Position numbers and translations under genes: made by a program. A DNA stretch of 64,000 nucleotides from Somniosus microcephalus (taxonomy: Eukaryota), in assembly GCA_052327205.1 (NCBI GenBank), contig CM126203.1:85188001-85252000 (forward strand), in the 5' to 3' direction. The notes under the pieces were generated by a model. That model was not told the origin of the DNA and made no database searches. It saw only the letters and a program-made list of their open reading frames with translations. Below, piece by piece: positions 48,425 through 61,598 of the stretch (positions within the stretch are counted from its first letter, which is position 1; every line of letters starts with the position of its first letter).

Positions 48425-48769
48425 ATTAAATAAATTAGCTGCATCCTTTGACATATTTTTCACACCTCAGTACCATTTAGGCTGTCACATAACATTATAT
48501 GGTGTCTCATGGTTTTCCATTTATCATGTAGCGTTATGTTGACAGTGCCACCTACTGTTGCAGTACGTTTGGCATCCTGAAACCTTCACTATTTTTAATA
48601 TATAATGGATTTCCGGTTTCTAATCAGCCATCTTATCCTCGCGCAATATTTAGTCATGTCAAGCAGCCACTTTTTCAAAGATGAGACTAGGAAGTTGCAA
48701 ATACATTTTGAGTGCTGAAGGTATAATTCCTGAAAGAAGATGCAATACTATTTTTCCTTGTTTAAGACC

Positions 48770-49440
48770 ATGGAATACTGTGGACAGTGTTGGTCTCCTC
48801 ATTTAGTGGGGGATATTGAGGCTTTGGAAAGGGTGTAGAGGAGGGCCACAAGATTAATTCCAGCTTTAAAATATCTTAGTTACCCAGATAAGCTCAAAGA
48901 GCTGGGTCTCTGGACTTTAGACATAGGGGCTATTTTATCAAGGTTTATAAAATAATGAAGGGACTAGATTGTGTTTATGTAGACCAATTATTTCAATTGA
49001 GTAGGTTAGGGAGGACCAGGGGTCACGCTTACAAGTTATGTAAGAGTAGAACCAGGTTGGATGTTGGCGGTTCTTTTTGTTCCAGAAAATAGTGGACCTG
49101 TACCAGCTCGTGCGGTGGACGCCGATTCACTGAATTCCTTTAAGTGAGCACTGGACCTATTTCTGGCTGAGGCAGAGATCACCTCTTTCAAGACGTAGAT
49201 ATCCTGTTATGTAAATCATGGCCAATTTGATATCCTGGACTAGTTTTGATCACCTAAGGGGGTTGGAGAAGAATTTTCCAGGTTTTTTCTTCCCTAATTA
49301 GCTTGGGTTTTTATCTGTTTTTTTCACCTTTCCCAGAAGATTACATGGCTTCAGGTGGGGCGGGGAGTATAGTGATGCATAAGGCATCACAACTGTGTGG
49401 GACTGGCTGGATGGACCAGTAAGTATTGTCCTGTGCATCA
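48770..49440 (+). mobile_element. Old CR1-like LINE 3' fragment
   Basis: Remnant MEYCGQCWSPH...LERV.RRATRLIP..K.LSY..L.ELGL..L plus 3' UTR. Confidence 0.7.
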
Positions 49441-49693
49441 TTTTCACAAAGATAGGTTAGGAAGGGAATTCTAGAGACTAAAAATATTTGATTTAAATAT
49501 ATCTGCTGATTACTGTTCAGTGGAACATTTGCTAAAATTAATAATCCTTCTAACACTAATTCCACTTGCTTATAGCCTTACTGAACTTGTTCATACTGTC
49601 ACACTCACTGTTCCTGGTTCTGTTTAGTTTCTATCACCATTTTTGTACTGAATTCAAAACTGCATAAGGTTGGTACTTTGTGATGAAAGTCAC

Positions 49694-49730
49694 AGTTCTG
49701 ATGAAAGGTCATCGACCTGAAACCTTAACT
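49694..49730 (+). ncRNA. Minimal hammerhead ribozyme motif in a Penelope fragment (fragment ~49690-49830)
   Basis: AGTT - CTGATGA - A - AGGTC/atc/GACCT - GAAA - CC - TT - AACT. Helices I and II pair perfectly. The helix III palindrome is broken (ACCT rather than ACGT). Confidence 0.7.
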
Positions 49731-50362
49731 TTATTTCTCTCCCCAAAGATGCTGCCTGATCTGCTGAGTGCTTCCAGCATTCTATGTTTTTATTTCAGAT
49801 TTCTAGCATCCGCAGTATTTTGCTTTTGTTTCGGTGTTTTGTGGTTCTTTCCAGTATTTAATTTTATTTTGGAGTCAGTTTGCACTCTGAACTCAAACGA
49901 TTCATTAGAAACAGATTAATCAGGCCCTCAAGCCGTTGAACCATTGACACAAGACCACTCCTCTCTCAGAACCCATAACTCTTTAAGTGAGTTTATTAAA
50001 CTTTATTAAACAACTCCAGCCATTTTGTGTATTCAACTTGAAAGATGTAACTTTGTGCAGTGTAATGGCCCTGCTTGTACTTTCCTTCTTTTACATTAAA
50101 AATATCATGGAAAAATTGCTTTTTTTAATGAATCAATGCCACTTTTAGACGAAGAGTTCCATGGCCACTTCAAACATGAGAAGGAAGTCAATCTAGTAGC
50201 TTAGTGTACGACGTGTCATTTTCTCCATTGTGCAGTTTACAATAATAAAAATGTATCTGCTACAAGGTGGAAACAATATTGTCAATTCAGGATATATTTA
50301 TATTCTTTTGCAATTAAAATATATGCTTACTTTGGTCTGGAAAATATGCATTTGAGGAATTA

Positions 50363-50578
<216 letters not shown>

Positions 50579-50920
50579 TTATGCAAAAATCAGATGTGAA
50601 GTTACTACCTATCCAATATATCAGCAACAATGTAATTGAAGTAGGCTCCGTGGAATTAAGGTGGCCAATAACAGTCTGACTTTAATTTCTTAATTTCACA
50701 TCAGGATAACAAATGAGCAGAGATTCTGTATTAGTCCCTTTAAATTGTTTCTACTTTATGCAAAATACATTTTTAATTCGCTGTTCACTGCTGGAAATTA
50801 TTATACCAATTGTATTACTGTGTTCATGTTAGTGATTCTGAACCACATTGAAGGTTAAATTTGTGTTATTCCACTGTCTCTAATTTGCATAATTTATTCA
50901 ACCGTGGGGACTGAGATTTT

Positions 50921-51531
50921 GGGGGGAATTTTGCTGGCGCTCAGGGGGTGGGTTTGGAGGCGGGGCTGGTGTCAAAATTGCAAAGATTGCAATTATGGTG
51001 TGAAGGATCCAATGGTACACTAGTGAGTTTCAGAGGTAAGAAAATGTTGGGAAAATCATTTTTAATGTATTTAGACTTTTCTGTAAGTAACAAGTTTTGC
51101 AGTGTTTGTGTAGTCCCACCTAATTGGGAGAACCTCTATCACCAGTGACAGATCGCTTCTGTAACCTCACCTGCAGCTGCCATCTGTTCTAGCCTAAGGA
51201 GGGATTCACTGGAGAGCCTGGGTGCAAGGGCTCACCTTTGTACAGTGATTGTCAGTGTTTGCTGCACCTCAAAGCTGTCAAACACTTAAAAATCACCTAT
51301 CAAAAAAAATTGTGCGTGGCCCCTTTAAGAAACCCAGCAGATGACGTGTCATCAACTGATGTCATCTGACACCGGCTTTCTCTTAATTGGCCGGTAAGCC
51401 CGCAGGGTGGGCTTAACAAGGCTAATTGGTGCAAAATAGCGTCTGTGCGTCGGATGTCGTTGGGGGCGGGATCGGAACCCGGAAGCCAGCTGTCCCGCCC
51501 CATAGCTGCATCGAAAGGTAAAATCCAGCCC
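50921..51531. mobile_element. Short non-autonomous Harbinger/MITE
   Basis: Termini GGGGGGAATTTT / AAAATCCAGCCC. Segment 51200-51430 is homologous to 44930-45150. Confidence 0.7.
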
Positions 51532-51564
51532 TATATGTTCCTATAATCCCACAGTACCAGCAAC

Positions 51565-51657
51565 TGAACAGAAAACACTGGAAATATTCAGCACAACAGT
51601 CAGCATCTGTGTGGTGAAAAGATTGGTATATGTTTCAGGTGTACCACCTTCAGAACT
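51565..51657 (-). repeat. Penelope terminal fragment with core-deleted hammerhead
   Basis: Minus strand agttCTGA-aggtg/gta/cacct-GAAAca lacks the nGA of CUGAnGA. It is followed by cacagatgctgac...gctgaatatttccag as in the 49690 copy. Confidence 0.55.
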
Positions 51658-52622
51658 CAACTGAAAACTCAACTTCAAAGGCATTTTTCATACAGCTGGT
51701 TTAAATTTCCAGCTCCATTTTTTACTGGGGCTGTAGGTATTTAAAAAAATTGCAAATTCAACGGCTCAGCACTAGTGTCTGAAATATTAAGATACAGATT
51801 TGAGCTGAAATCATTCACACACTATTCAGCTTCACTGCACAGGCGGTAATCTGGAATGAAATCAGGCGGGTTCTGGAATGGGCGAGCAATCCATTCCACC
51901 AGATTACCGCTCATGTGGTGAAGGCGAATACTTACCGCTTAGCTCTTGAATAATTTTAGTTCAAATCCTCATCCGAATATTCCACTCATACGTTAAGGAG
52001 CTGAGTCCTTGGACTTGCGATTTTTTAAATACCTACAGCCACATGGTTGATAATCGTGGAGTGCTTTGCCCATCCATTATGGAGCACATCCGATTTTCAT
52101 TTTAGTTTACTACCTATGCGGTGGAGATGAATATTCACCTATAAATTCCCAATCTCGGGGGCGGCAAAGGGTAGAAACAAGTCATATCTCCACAGGAACT
52201 GAAAGTAAGAGGGCCAGTTTTTTTTACGTCCTTCTTTTGCATTACTGCAATGACATTAATCTGAGAATTTATCATTTGACACCCCCTCATTCAGGAGGAG
52301 AAAAAATAATTTACAGTCAGTTAAAATGAAACGTTAGCTTCATTGCTTTACTAGTAATCGTCAGTAACTGGGAGAAAATCACTTATTTGATTTCTACATT
52401 CAACAAGTCAAGAACTCCATGAAATGCTGACAAGGATAACTAGTTTGCAGCACACATAGTTATAGCCCTCCTAATAAGTCACAACTGGATACAAAATTAC
52501 TTGTCAAAAATTATTAAAACCTAGAGTTTTCAGGTGTACCCTATCCATAATTACCAACTTCAGTCTCCTCGTAAATAATGTACAACCTGGCAACAAAACA
52601 ACTCTGCAGTAGATCAGAACTC

Positions 52623-52787
52623 GGGGATAGAATTTCAACTTGCTGTCCAGGCATAAAACTGGCGTCGCGGTTCAGCTGCCTGTAATAGAAAACCACTCGA
52701 AAACAGCGGAAATGAAAAGCAGGCGGTTTCTATAATGGACGGTAGATCTGCGACGTCAGTTTAATGCCCAGGTGGTAAATTTATCCC
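52623..52787. mobile_element. Small foldback (hairpin) MITE
   Basis: Arm gggcataaaactggcgtcgcgg...atagaaaacc pairs imperfectly with arm ggtttctat...gcgacgtcagtttaatgccc. Termini are gggata / tatccc. Confidence 0.65.
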
Positions 52788-53262
52788 AGTGCCATCTCTT
52801 CTGCCACTTGCTTTGGAAAAGAGCTCAGATTGATTTGAAAAGAGCTCAGTCTTGATCCTGCTCTTCTGTGTGCAAATTCCAACCTACAATTCAATAACAA
52901 GTTGTCAATCGCATAATTACTAAATTGAGAACTGACATGTCACAGTCATTCAGTGGACACTGTTGTTCTGTGGTTGGGATTAAAGTGAAGCGTTTGAGCA
53001 GAGATACACCCTCATTTTTAGTGTGCTACACCTGTTATCTAGGAGTTTGGATATTATCACAATGATTATGTGTTCCATTCCCTAGCATTAACGACCCTCA
53101 CTTCAATGAGCACCTAAATATACCCCCAACAGATAAAGACATAACTACCTCTTCAGAGTGGAGAGGCCTCCTCACAGAATGTTATGGAAATATTAAAGTG
53201 CCATCAGTGATTTGATCATATATTTTTTTTAAATTGACATTTCGTTCCACAGTAGTCATAGA

Positions 53263-56200
53263 TGTTATATCTGTGTATCTTAATGTTGTGTCCTTCAATA
53301 ATCAGACAACAGACTGCAGAGAATGATCAACAGGTGTTTACTGAATGAGGGTTCAAACTGCAACTGACTGTACAGATCACTACTCAGGGTTTATATACAG
53401 GTGTGGTCACTGCCGGTACTACAGGATACAGAAGCTGTAAAAAGTAGTTCTCCCACTTAAAGGTACACACATTACAATTCCTCCCCTTTTAGATTAACAG
53501 TACCATAACACTCATTTAACAATCAAATATTAAACTAATTACAATTAACACTTTTAACATGCAACATTAACTGAAAATAGTCTATTTATAAATTCAGTCT
53601 TTGGGGAGGCTTCCTGATTCTTTCTGGATAACGAATTTCCCGAGTGTCTCGCTCTTGGTGCGGAGGCGATTCTAACACCCTGTCGTCAGTTGATTCATCA
53701 GCTTCCAATGCTATTGTTTATGAGGTAGATGCGACCTGTACGTCGGGTTCCTCACCAGGTACGTTTGGCCGAGACATGGGGTTGACTCGTTCCTGTGACT
53801 CTAGGAGCTGGTCAGCATGGCATCTCACAATGTTCTCCCCAACATCCACTGTGTACATTAGTGGCCCCTGCCGTGTGCATATCGTTCCTGGTTGCCATTT
53901 CTCTGTTCGGTAGTCGCGGGCCAAGACTGGTTGCCCTACATTGAAGCTCCTTGTCGACTTCTCATTGATGTGCTGGAATTGCTTATTCTCAACATCTCTT
54001 CGTACATTTGGTCTGAGCAAATCCAGACGAGATCTCAACCTTCAGTTAAAGAACATCATGGCCTGGTTGGTGACTGCATGTGTCGCATTTCTGTAGGCGA
54101 ACAGGAAATTGTCCACTTTATGCTGCAGTGGAATGTCGTCATCGCACATGGCCTTTACTGCTTTTTTTAAAGGTTTGTACGAACCTCTCAGCCAATCCAT
54201 TTGTGGCTGGGTGATACGGGGCGGATGAGTAATGCCATACCCCATTCCTTGTGATAAATCTTCGAAACTCTTCGGACACAAACTGTGGTCTGTTATCAGA
54301 GCAAATCTGCTCTGGCAAGCCGTTCCTGGCAAAAATGGTCCGTAGGACTGCAATAGTTTTCTCCGTGGTGGTGGAGGACATTTTGATGACCTCAGGCCAT
54401 TTCGAGTGCGCATCCACGGCTATTAAAAACATTGAGTCCATGAATGGACCAGCAAAATCAATATGCACCCGTTGCCATGGAGATGAGGGCCACTCCCATG
54501 GGTGTAGAGGGGCATGTGGTGGTGCATTTTGGACCTTCTGGCATCCTGAGCAGCTCTTTGTCAGGTCCTCGATTTGCTGATCGATCCCCGGCCACCACAC
54601 ATAAGCCCTAGCAAGGCTTTTCATTTTCACCCCTCCCAGATGACCTTCGTGAAGCTCATTGAGCACTCTCTCCCTTAACTTGGGTGGAATTACCACTCGG
54701 GATCCACACATCAAGGTCCCCTGGCATACTGACAGCTGTTCTCTTCTGGATGAGAATGCTGGCAACAGTGAGTCGCCATGTGCTGGCCATCCCTTCACCG
54801 TCAAATCATATACCCGAGACAGTGTCGGGTCATTTCGGGTCTCCTTCTCTATACCAGCGTTAGTTACTGGCAAGCATTCAATTATAGTCGAATGAAATAT
54901 TTCGACAGGATCCACTGCTGGTGCTTCCTCCGCAGTAGGCAGTGGCAGGCGTGATAGCCCATCAGCGTTTCCATGCTGTTTCGTGCCCTTATACTCGATT
55001 TCATATTGGTGCGCCCCTAGAAAAAGGGACCATCTTTGTAGCAGTTGCGCAGTCATCACCGGAATGCCCTTCTTTGGATTAAAGATGGAGACAAGTGGTT
55101 GGTGGTCAGTCAGCAAGGTGAACTTCTGCCCGTGCAGACAGTGATTGAACTTTTTCACTCCCCACACTAGGCTGAGGGCCTCCCTGTCAATCTGGGTGTA
55201 GTTACGCTCGGCTGAGGTTAGTGACCAAGACGCAAAGGCTACTGGCCTCTCCGAGCCGTCTGGAATTTGTGCGACAGCACCGCTCCAATGCCATAGGGTG
55301 ATGCATCACACGCCAACCGAATTGGTAGTGCTGGGTTGAAATGAGCCAACACCTCTTTTGATGTGATCAATGCTTTGCTCTTCTGGAAAGCTCGTTTACA
55401 TTCGTCACTCCACTTCCATGGTACCCCCGTTTGCAGTAGGGTGTTCAGTGGGTGTAGTACGGTAGACAAATTCGGCAAGAACTTATGGTAGTAGTTCACC
55501 AGCCCGAGGAACGACCTCAGTTGTGACACATTTTCCGGTGCTGGAGCCTTGACTACTGCCTCAATCTTTTCAGGGGACTTATGTAACCCCTCTTTATCAA
55601 TAATGTGGCCACAATACGAGATCTGCTTCTGGAAAAACTCGCATTTGTGGCGATTAGCTCGGAGCCCATATTCCTTCAATCTAGTGAGCACCTGCTCCAG
55701 GTTGGAGAGGTGATCACTGTCATTTTCGCCCGTGACCAGGATGTCGTCCAAATAACACTGGGTCCCTGGAATCCCTTGCAGGACTTGTTGCATTGCCCTT
55801 TGCCAAATAGCCGGAGCTGATGCTACCCCGAACACCAGCCGGTTGTATTGGTAGAGACCTTTATGAATGTTGATCGTGAGGTACTGTTTCGAGGCTTCTA
55901 CTACCTCCATTTGCAGGTACGCCTGGGCCAGATCAATCTTAGTGAAGCGTTTCCCTCCAGATAGCGAGGCAAAAATATCTTCAATCCGCGGAAGCAGATA
56001 TTGTACATGGTGAAGGACTGGGTTCACTGTCACCTTAAAGTCCCCACAGATGCGAACCTTCTTTGGTTCCCCAGGCGTATTACTCAACGACCTCTTCATT
56101 ACAGGAATGATGGGTGTAGCCCACTCGCTCCAGTCCACTTTGGACAGTACTCCTGAACGTTCCAAACCTTCCAGCTCTGCTTCGACGGCTGGGTGGATCG

Positions 56201-58508
56201 CATAAGGTATCGGTCTGGCCTTAAAAAACTTTGGGCTTGCATTTTCCTCTGTTTTGATCGTCGCTGTTATGCCTTTTAGTGTTCCGAGTCCCTGCTGGAA
56301 CACTTCTTGTGCGTCAGTTAGCATTTTTGACAGTCGTCTAGGTGTGACGTCGTCATCCTTTTTGGCATCTACAGTCAGTGCTTGCATGGAATGCCAATCT
56401 AGCTGTATCTTCCGGATCCATTCACGTCCTAGTAGTGGTGGTCCTCCATCTGGCAATACATATAGGTCCATTTTTGGTGTTTCCTTGCCGTTATATATAA
56501 CGTTCACCCTTATTTTTCCTTTGGGGTAGACTTTTTGCCCCGTGTACGTCTTCAAGACAATCTCTGTATCTCTCAAGGGTATATGTGAGAATAGCCGCTT
56601 GTAGTCCCTTCGGTTTATGTCTGTTAGGGCTCATCCTGTGTCCAATTCCATTTTCACTTGGACTCCTGCTATCTTGAGCGTGACCCAGATAGTTTGGTGA
56701 TCCTCCGTTTTGATCACATTATGTAGTTTCAGACAACCCAGCTCCTTGCTTCCGGAGTCTGTATCACTCTTCTGTTCATCTGATCTACTCTCCGTCACCT
56801 TATGTACCTTCTTGTACTTCTCCTGTGGAGATTTCTTGCTGCTGGTTTTCTTTCCCGACCTGCAGACTCTTGCTATGTGTCCTACTTTTCCACACTGTCT
56901 GCACACTTTGTCCTTGAACCAGCAATCATTATGGTCGTGTGTTGTTCTGCCGCAGCGATAGCACTTCACTGTTCCGTATGACATTTCATTTGTGCCATAT
57001 TCTTGCGGTCTCCGTTGTATCTCTGCAGCGCCCCGTGCTGCTGCTTCATGTGATACTGCAATGCTGAAAGCCTTGTCCAGCGTAAGATCCTTTTCTGATA
57101 GAAGCCATTTCTGGGTTCCTTCACTTTGAAGCCCACACACAAACTTGTCCCTTAAAGTATCTGCTAGTCCCGTTCCAAACTGGCAGTGTTTCGATAGCTT
57201 GTGCTGTTCCGTTAAATACTCAGTATTACTTTCATCTTTATGCTGGTTCCTTTTGTGAAACTTAAATCTTTCTGCTATCAGCAGCGGTGTGGGGTTTAAG
57301 TGGTCCTGTAGGATTGACACTATGTTTTCAAAATCCTTTTCTACTGGCTTCTCTGGGGTTACTAGGTTTCGTAGTAAGCCATACGTTTTTGCACCCATTG
57401 AATTCAACAATACCAGCGCTTTCTTGTCATCTGGCACTTCATTCGCCTTGCAGTATACTTCTATGCGTTCGACATATCTCGTCCAATCTTCGACTTCATT
57501 GTCGAATGCTGTGATGCTGCCACTCTTTGGCATTTTTGGGTGTGGTTAGACTGGCTTAAAATGGCGTCTCCCGCGCTTTCCTTTCTTCCCCGCTGCGGCT
57601 TAAAATGGCGTCTCCCGCGCTTTCCTTTCTTCCCCGCTGCGGCTTAAAATGGTGTCTCCCGCGCTGCTGCCATTGCCACTCTCGGCAGTCCTCGTGGCAA
57701 ATGGCAACGCCCTGTGGGTTTTGTGCGCTGCTCCTGCGCTGCTGCCAATGCCGCTCTCTGCGGTCCTCGTGGCAATGGCAGCACCTCGCATTTTCCTGCG
57801 TGCCTCACTCCCCCGTTGACGCTGCTCGGCCCTTGAACACCGGCTGCGCTCTGCTGTCTCTCGTCTCTCTCCCCGTTGACGCCGCTCGGTCCTGAACATC
57901 GGCTGCGCTCTGCTCTCGCTCGTCTCTCTCCCTCGTTGACGCCGCTCGGTTCTGACCACCGGCTGCGCCTTGTGCGCTCTGCCCTCTCTCTCTCCCCCGT
58001 CGACGCTGCTCGGCCTTTTTCTGTGCCGCTCGGTCGACTCTAGCCGCCGCTGTCCGGGAAGGGTCTGCGCAGTACCTGTTGCCAGCCCGTTTCGCTGGAC
58101 CACCGTGACTGGAAAGCCAAGCCTGGCTCTCGAGAGCCTCCCCTGCGATGCTCAAATCTCCGCTGGATGACTGGGCGGTTGCCCGTGGTCGACGCCCATG
58201 CTTCTGGACTCGACCTCCTTCCACTGTTCTCCAGGAGCGAATCCCTGGGAGGTGATGCAGAGTTGCAGGTAGGTTCGAATCTGCGTCGTCGCCAATGTTA
58301 TATCCGTGTATCTTAATGTTGTGTCCTTCAATAATCAGACAACAGACTGCAGGGAACGATCAACAGGTGTTTACTGAATGAGGGTTACTCTAGAACTAAC
58401 TGTACAGATCACTACTCAGGGTTTATATACAGGTGTGGTCACTGCCGGTACTACAGGATACAGGAGCTGTAAAAAGTAGTTCTCCCCCTTAAAGGTACAT
58501 ACATTACA
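53263..58508 (-). mobile_element. Gypsy (Mag-type) LTR retrotransposon D, full length, close relative of A
   Basis: LTRs 53263-53476 and 58296-58508, TSD ATAGA, PBS TGGCGACGAC at 58294, and PPT AAGGGGAGGAAT next to 53477. Confidence 0.94.
53586..57533 (-). pseudogene. gag-pol of element D with several stops/frameshifts
   Basis: ORF pieces 56631-57533, 55239-56576, 54139-55167 and 53718-54038 cover gag, PR, RT, RH and IN. Confidence 0.9.
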
Positions 58509-58519
58509 ATAGAGTCATT

Positions 58520-59265
58520 GGGGGAAAAATTGAGTTGGGCCCTTTTGGGGTGTTAACTTTGTCAGGGCACTACTTTTAGCGCCCTGAAAAAATTAGCGCC
58601 CCCGCGGCCAAAATTCATCAGTAGCGCCTCAAGAGGGAAGTGGGGTGCTACTGGAAGCGCCCTGCCTCCCTCTTGGGGTGCTATGAGTGAATATCACGGC
58701 GCTGCATGCCGCAGTGTCGCGTCGCGGTACTGCAGGCCTTCCTCCCCTTCTTAAAGGGGAGGGGCCTTGAGCAGCATGACCCAGGGCCCAGCTGGGCCAC
58801 CAGGGATCGGAGTGCCGGCAAAGGAGCCCGGCACTCAAGCAAAGTGCCGGGCTCACGGAGTGCAGCCGGCACTCCGCGGGGTGGCTGCTCAGGAGGCCAG
58901 GGACAGCAACGGGGGTGGGTGCTGGCAGGCGGCCAGCAAAAAAAATGGCTGCCCAACACCTCCCCTTTAATTAGCGTCGCCCCAGCCGCAGGTAGGCCCC
59001 GCTGACTCCGTCGGACATAGCGTCCAGTGGTAAATCAGGGGGCGTTACCGAAGATCGCGGCTGGGGTGCGAGAAGGATGCTGTGCACGGCGATGATGTCA
59101 ATGCCGTGGCGCAGCACCGCAGGGCGCTAACAGTTACCACCGCTGCTAACCACCCACTGAATTTTACGGGAGGCATTGGCGGTGCCCTGCCCGGGCGCTA
59201 GATGCTTTGCGCCCTGTTAGCGCCCTCTTAGGGTGCTAAGGAGGTGCAAAGCAACCGAATTTTTC
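58520..59265. mobile_element. GC-rich Harbinger MITE (Harbinger-1-related), right tip clipped by a LINE tail
   Basis: Left terminus GGGGGAAAAATTGAGT. Right gcaaccgaatttttc matches the Harbinger-1 right end acaaccgaatttctc. Many TAGCGCC motifs. Confidence 0.85.
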
Positions 59266-59440
59266 ATAACGGCCCAGAAGGAGGCCATTCAGCACATTGA
59301 GTCCATGCCGGCTCTCTGTGGAGTGATCCAGTCAGTCCCATTCCCCCGCTCTATCTCCATAGCCCTGCAAGTTTATTTCCCTCAAGTGCCTATCCAGTCT
59401 CCCCTTGAAAACATTGAGCGTCACCGCTTCCACCACTTCC
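59266..59440 (-). mobile_element. CR1/HER1 LINE 3' tail
   Basis: Reverse complement of the tail seen at 10540-10678. Confidence 0.75.
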
Positions 59441-60199
59441 GTATATGATGAGTCTGTGGGAGCCCAAAATATCTCAATTGGACCAAAACTTCTCAAACTG
59501 ATCACGTTCCTGGAAGTGCAGCAGACCAGACGCTCCTGACCTCCACTCCATCCTGACCTCAACAGAGTGTCTGTGGTCAGGACAAAGTCAATTTAGTTGA
59601 ATGTGTTCCGCAGACACCAGTGTCAATGTGCAAAATTTACCTTGTGCATAAGCGCAAAATGGGCGTTAAATCCGCCGGTGTGTAAAACAGGCTGCTGATT
59701 GGCTATCACCATTTAACGCTACTGCCGGAGACAAATTTCACCCCCTCTATGTCTGCATGCATTTTCTGTCTACTTATTGTCACAGTTTTTGGTCATACTT
59801 TTTTGGCAACCTTTCCCACTGTAAGTTTCCACATCCATATTTTGAACTCAATTTTCCTATTCTGACATCGTTTTTTATTGATAAATCAATTAAATCACTC
59901 AAAATAAGTTTTCAAAAAAAAACTTTATCCACCATTTTTCTTAGCAACTTAAATTTCTAGACTTGCATTCTCCTCACATAAGTGTGTTTGCAATGGGTCG
60001 TCTTCACATCCACTAATGTGATATTACCATTAACACACAGCAATTGGACAATTGGAGGAAGATCAACCTGAGTCTGCAAAAAGAAGAAATGTTAGACATT
60101 AACAGGCAAATGAACAAGAGAACCTGTAGGAGAGGTTGGAGGGAATCTGGTAAGAAGAGGTTGGTGAAGGCTGAGCAGGGCTCATCATATATATATCTT

Positions 60200-60600
60200 C
60201 AGTTTCATGTGCTTTCTCAAAGTATTGCAATGCCCTCACACTCATCCACTACTTCTTTAAAGGCATATGTCATTATGTGCACAACTAAACAAGCTTTTCT
60301 TTCACATCATAGGGAATGGCTTGAAGGAAGAGGCCAGCCACTCTTATGGCCACCCAGGCACTTCCAGTTCACAACTGCTCATACATCCTCGCCAACTCCA
60401 TCCTGCAATCTTAGCTGTACAAGCACTGGTGCAGAAATAGCCACTCGCAAGGGATTGGTTAGACAGTCAGAAGGATTGTCACTGCATGAGTCACTAAGCA
60501 CCAGTAAAGAATGAGAACTTGGGAGTGGAAGAGAGGGAAAATGCCATTCCTCCCCAGAGGGGAGGGTCTGCCTACAACTTCACATTCTGGCCATGCAGCG
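60200..60600 (+). pseudogene. Ancient remnant of a Harbinger Myb-gene exon 3
   Basis: TSTGAEIATRKGLVRQSEGLSLHESLSTSKE aligns by eye with TSADTHTSVGPSGHRVVLSPGVSQLTSEH of Harbinger-2. Confidence 0.45.
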
Positions 60601-61257
60601 ACAATAGAGCACGATTTACGCCGTCCCATGTCTGACTCTCTGCCATATTGTATTTTTACACCAGCAGGTTAGTGCTTTCATGTTTAACTTTTAAATTTAC
60701 TGTTTTAAATTTTATATATTATCCTTTATTATTGTTATGTATTATCACTTTCTTCTAGGATTTCCTCTTCCTGCCTGCTGCCTTAATGAGAGAAGCGCCA
60801 CTCCCGATTGAAGCTCAACATTTCCTGAACTGTTTGGCAAAGTTTTTGTCAGTCCTGATCAGGCTTTGGTCAACCTGATACCCCGCTGTTTCATGCTAGT
60901 ATCACCACTCCCAACTGAGGCCCTGCTTTGCTTCCTTGTTGTCAGTCTAAAGTCCATTCGCAAGCACTGCTGCTGTCTCACTGGGCCATTGTTGGCTGCA
61001 GGTTTTTCTTGACTCTCCTCATTCCATTACTCCCTATTCCTCCCCTTTCATTCTACCTCTCTCCTTTTCCTCCCCAGCCTCTAACCCTACTCTGACTTCC
61101 CCCTCTACTGGCCTCCAAAATCACTGTCCCCCTTCATGTCCAATTATACCCTGCCCTCTAGGCCTGCTTCATCGAAGAACTACAGGTTGTTTTGACAATG
61201 TACAATGCTATGGGAGAGTGGCTGGTTAGAAAAGGAAACAAAGAGAATATTTTACAT

Positions 61258-61598
61258 TGTAGGAACGGAGGTTCCTAGCTGAATAAAGTATTCGACTCGA
61301 TGAATCAAATCAACAGGTTTTAATGAACAACGAAGTTAGCAGGGAAACTACAGGAGAAACGGTATACAGGTCTATACAGCTTGCTGGGCACTCGACTGGA
61401 AGATTCTGGAAGCTGATGTCATGACGTCATCATGTTCTTCGCGCCACTGGTGGTCACGTGAGCAGCGTCATGACGTCATCACGTGGAGTGCAGGAAAACA
61501 CCATACAGTAGTTAACAGGCAGTTTAAAGGTGCAGTCCGCGGTTGCACTATACTGTAGTTAAAGGGATTATTACTAATTGTTCCGAGACCCTGCCACA
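61258..61598 (-). mobile_element. Solo LTR related to element C
   Basis: Starts TGTAGGAACGGAGGTTCCTA as in the C LTRs, ends GCCACA, has a 4-bp TSD ACAT (61254-61257, 61599-61602), and carries the same CRE/E-box block. Confidence 0.9.
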
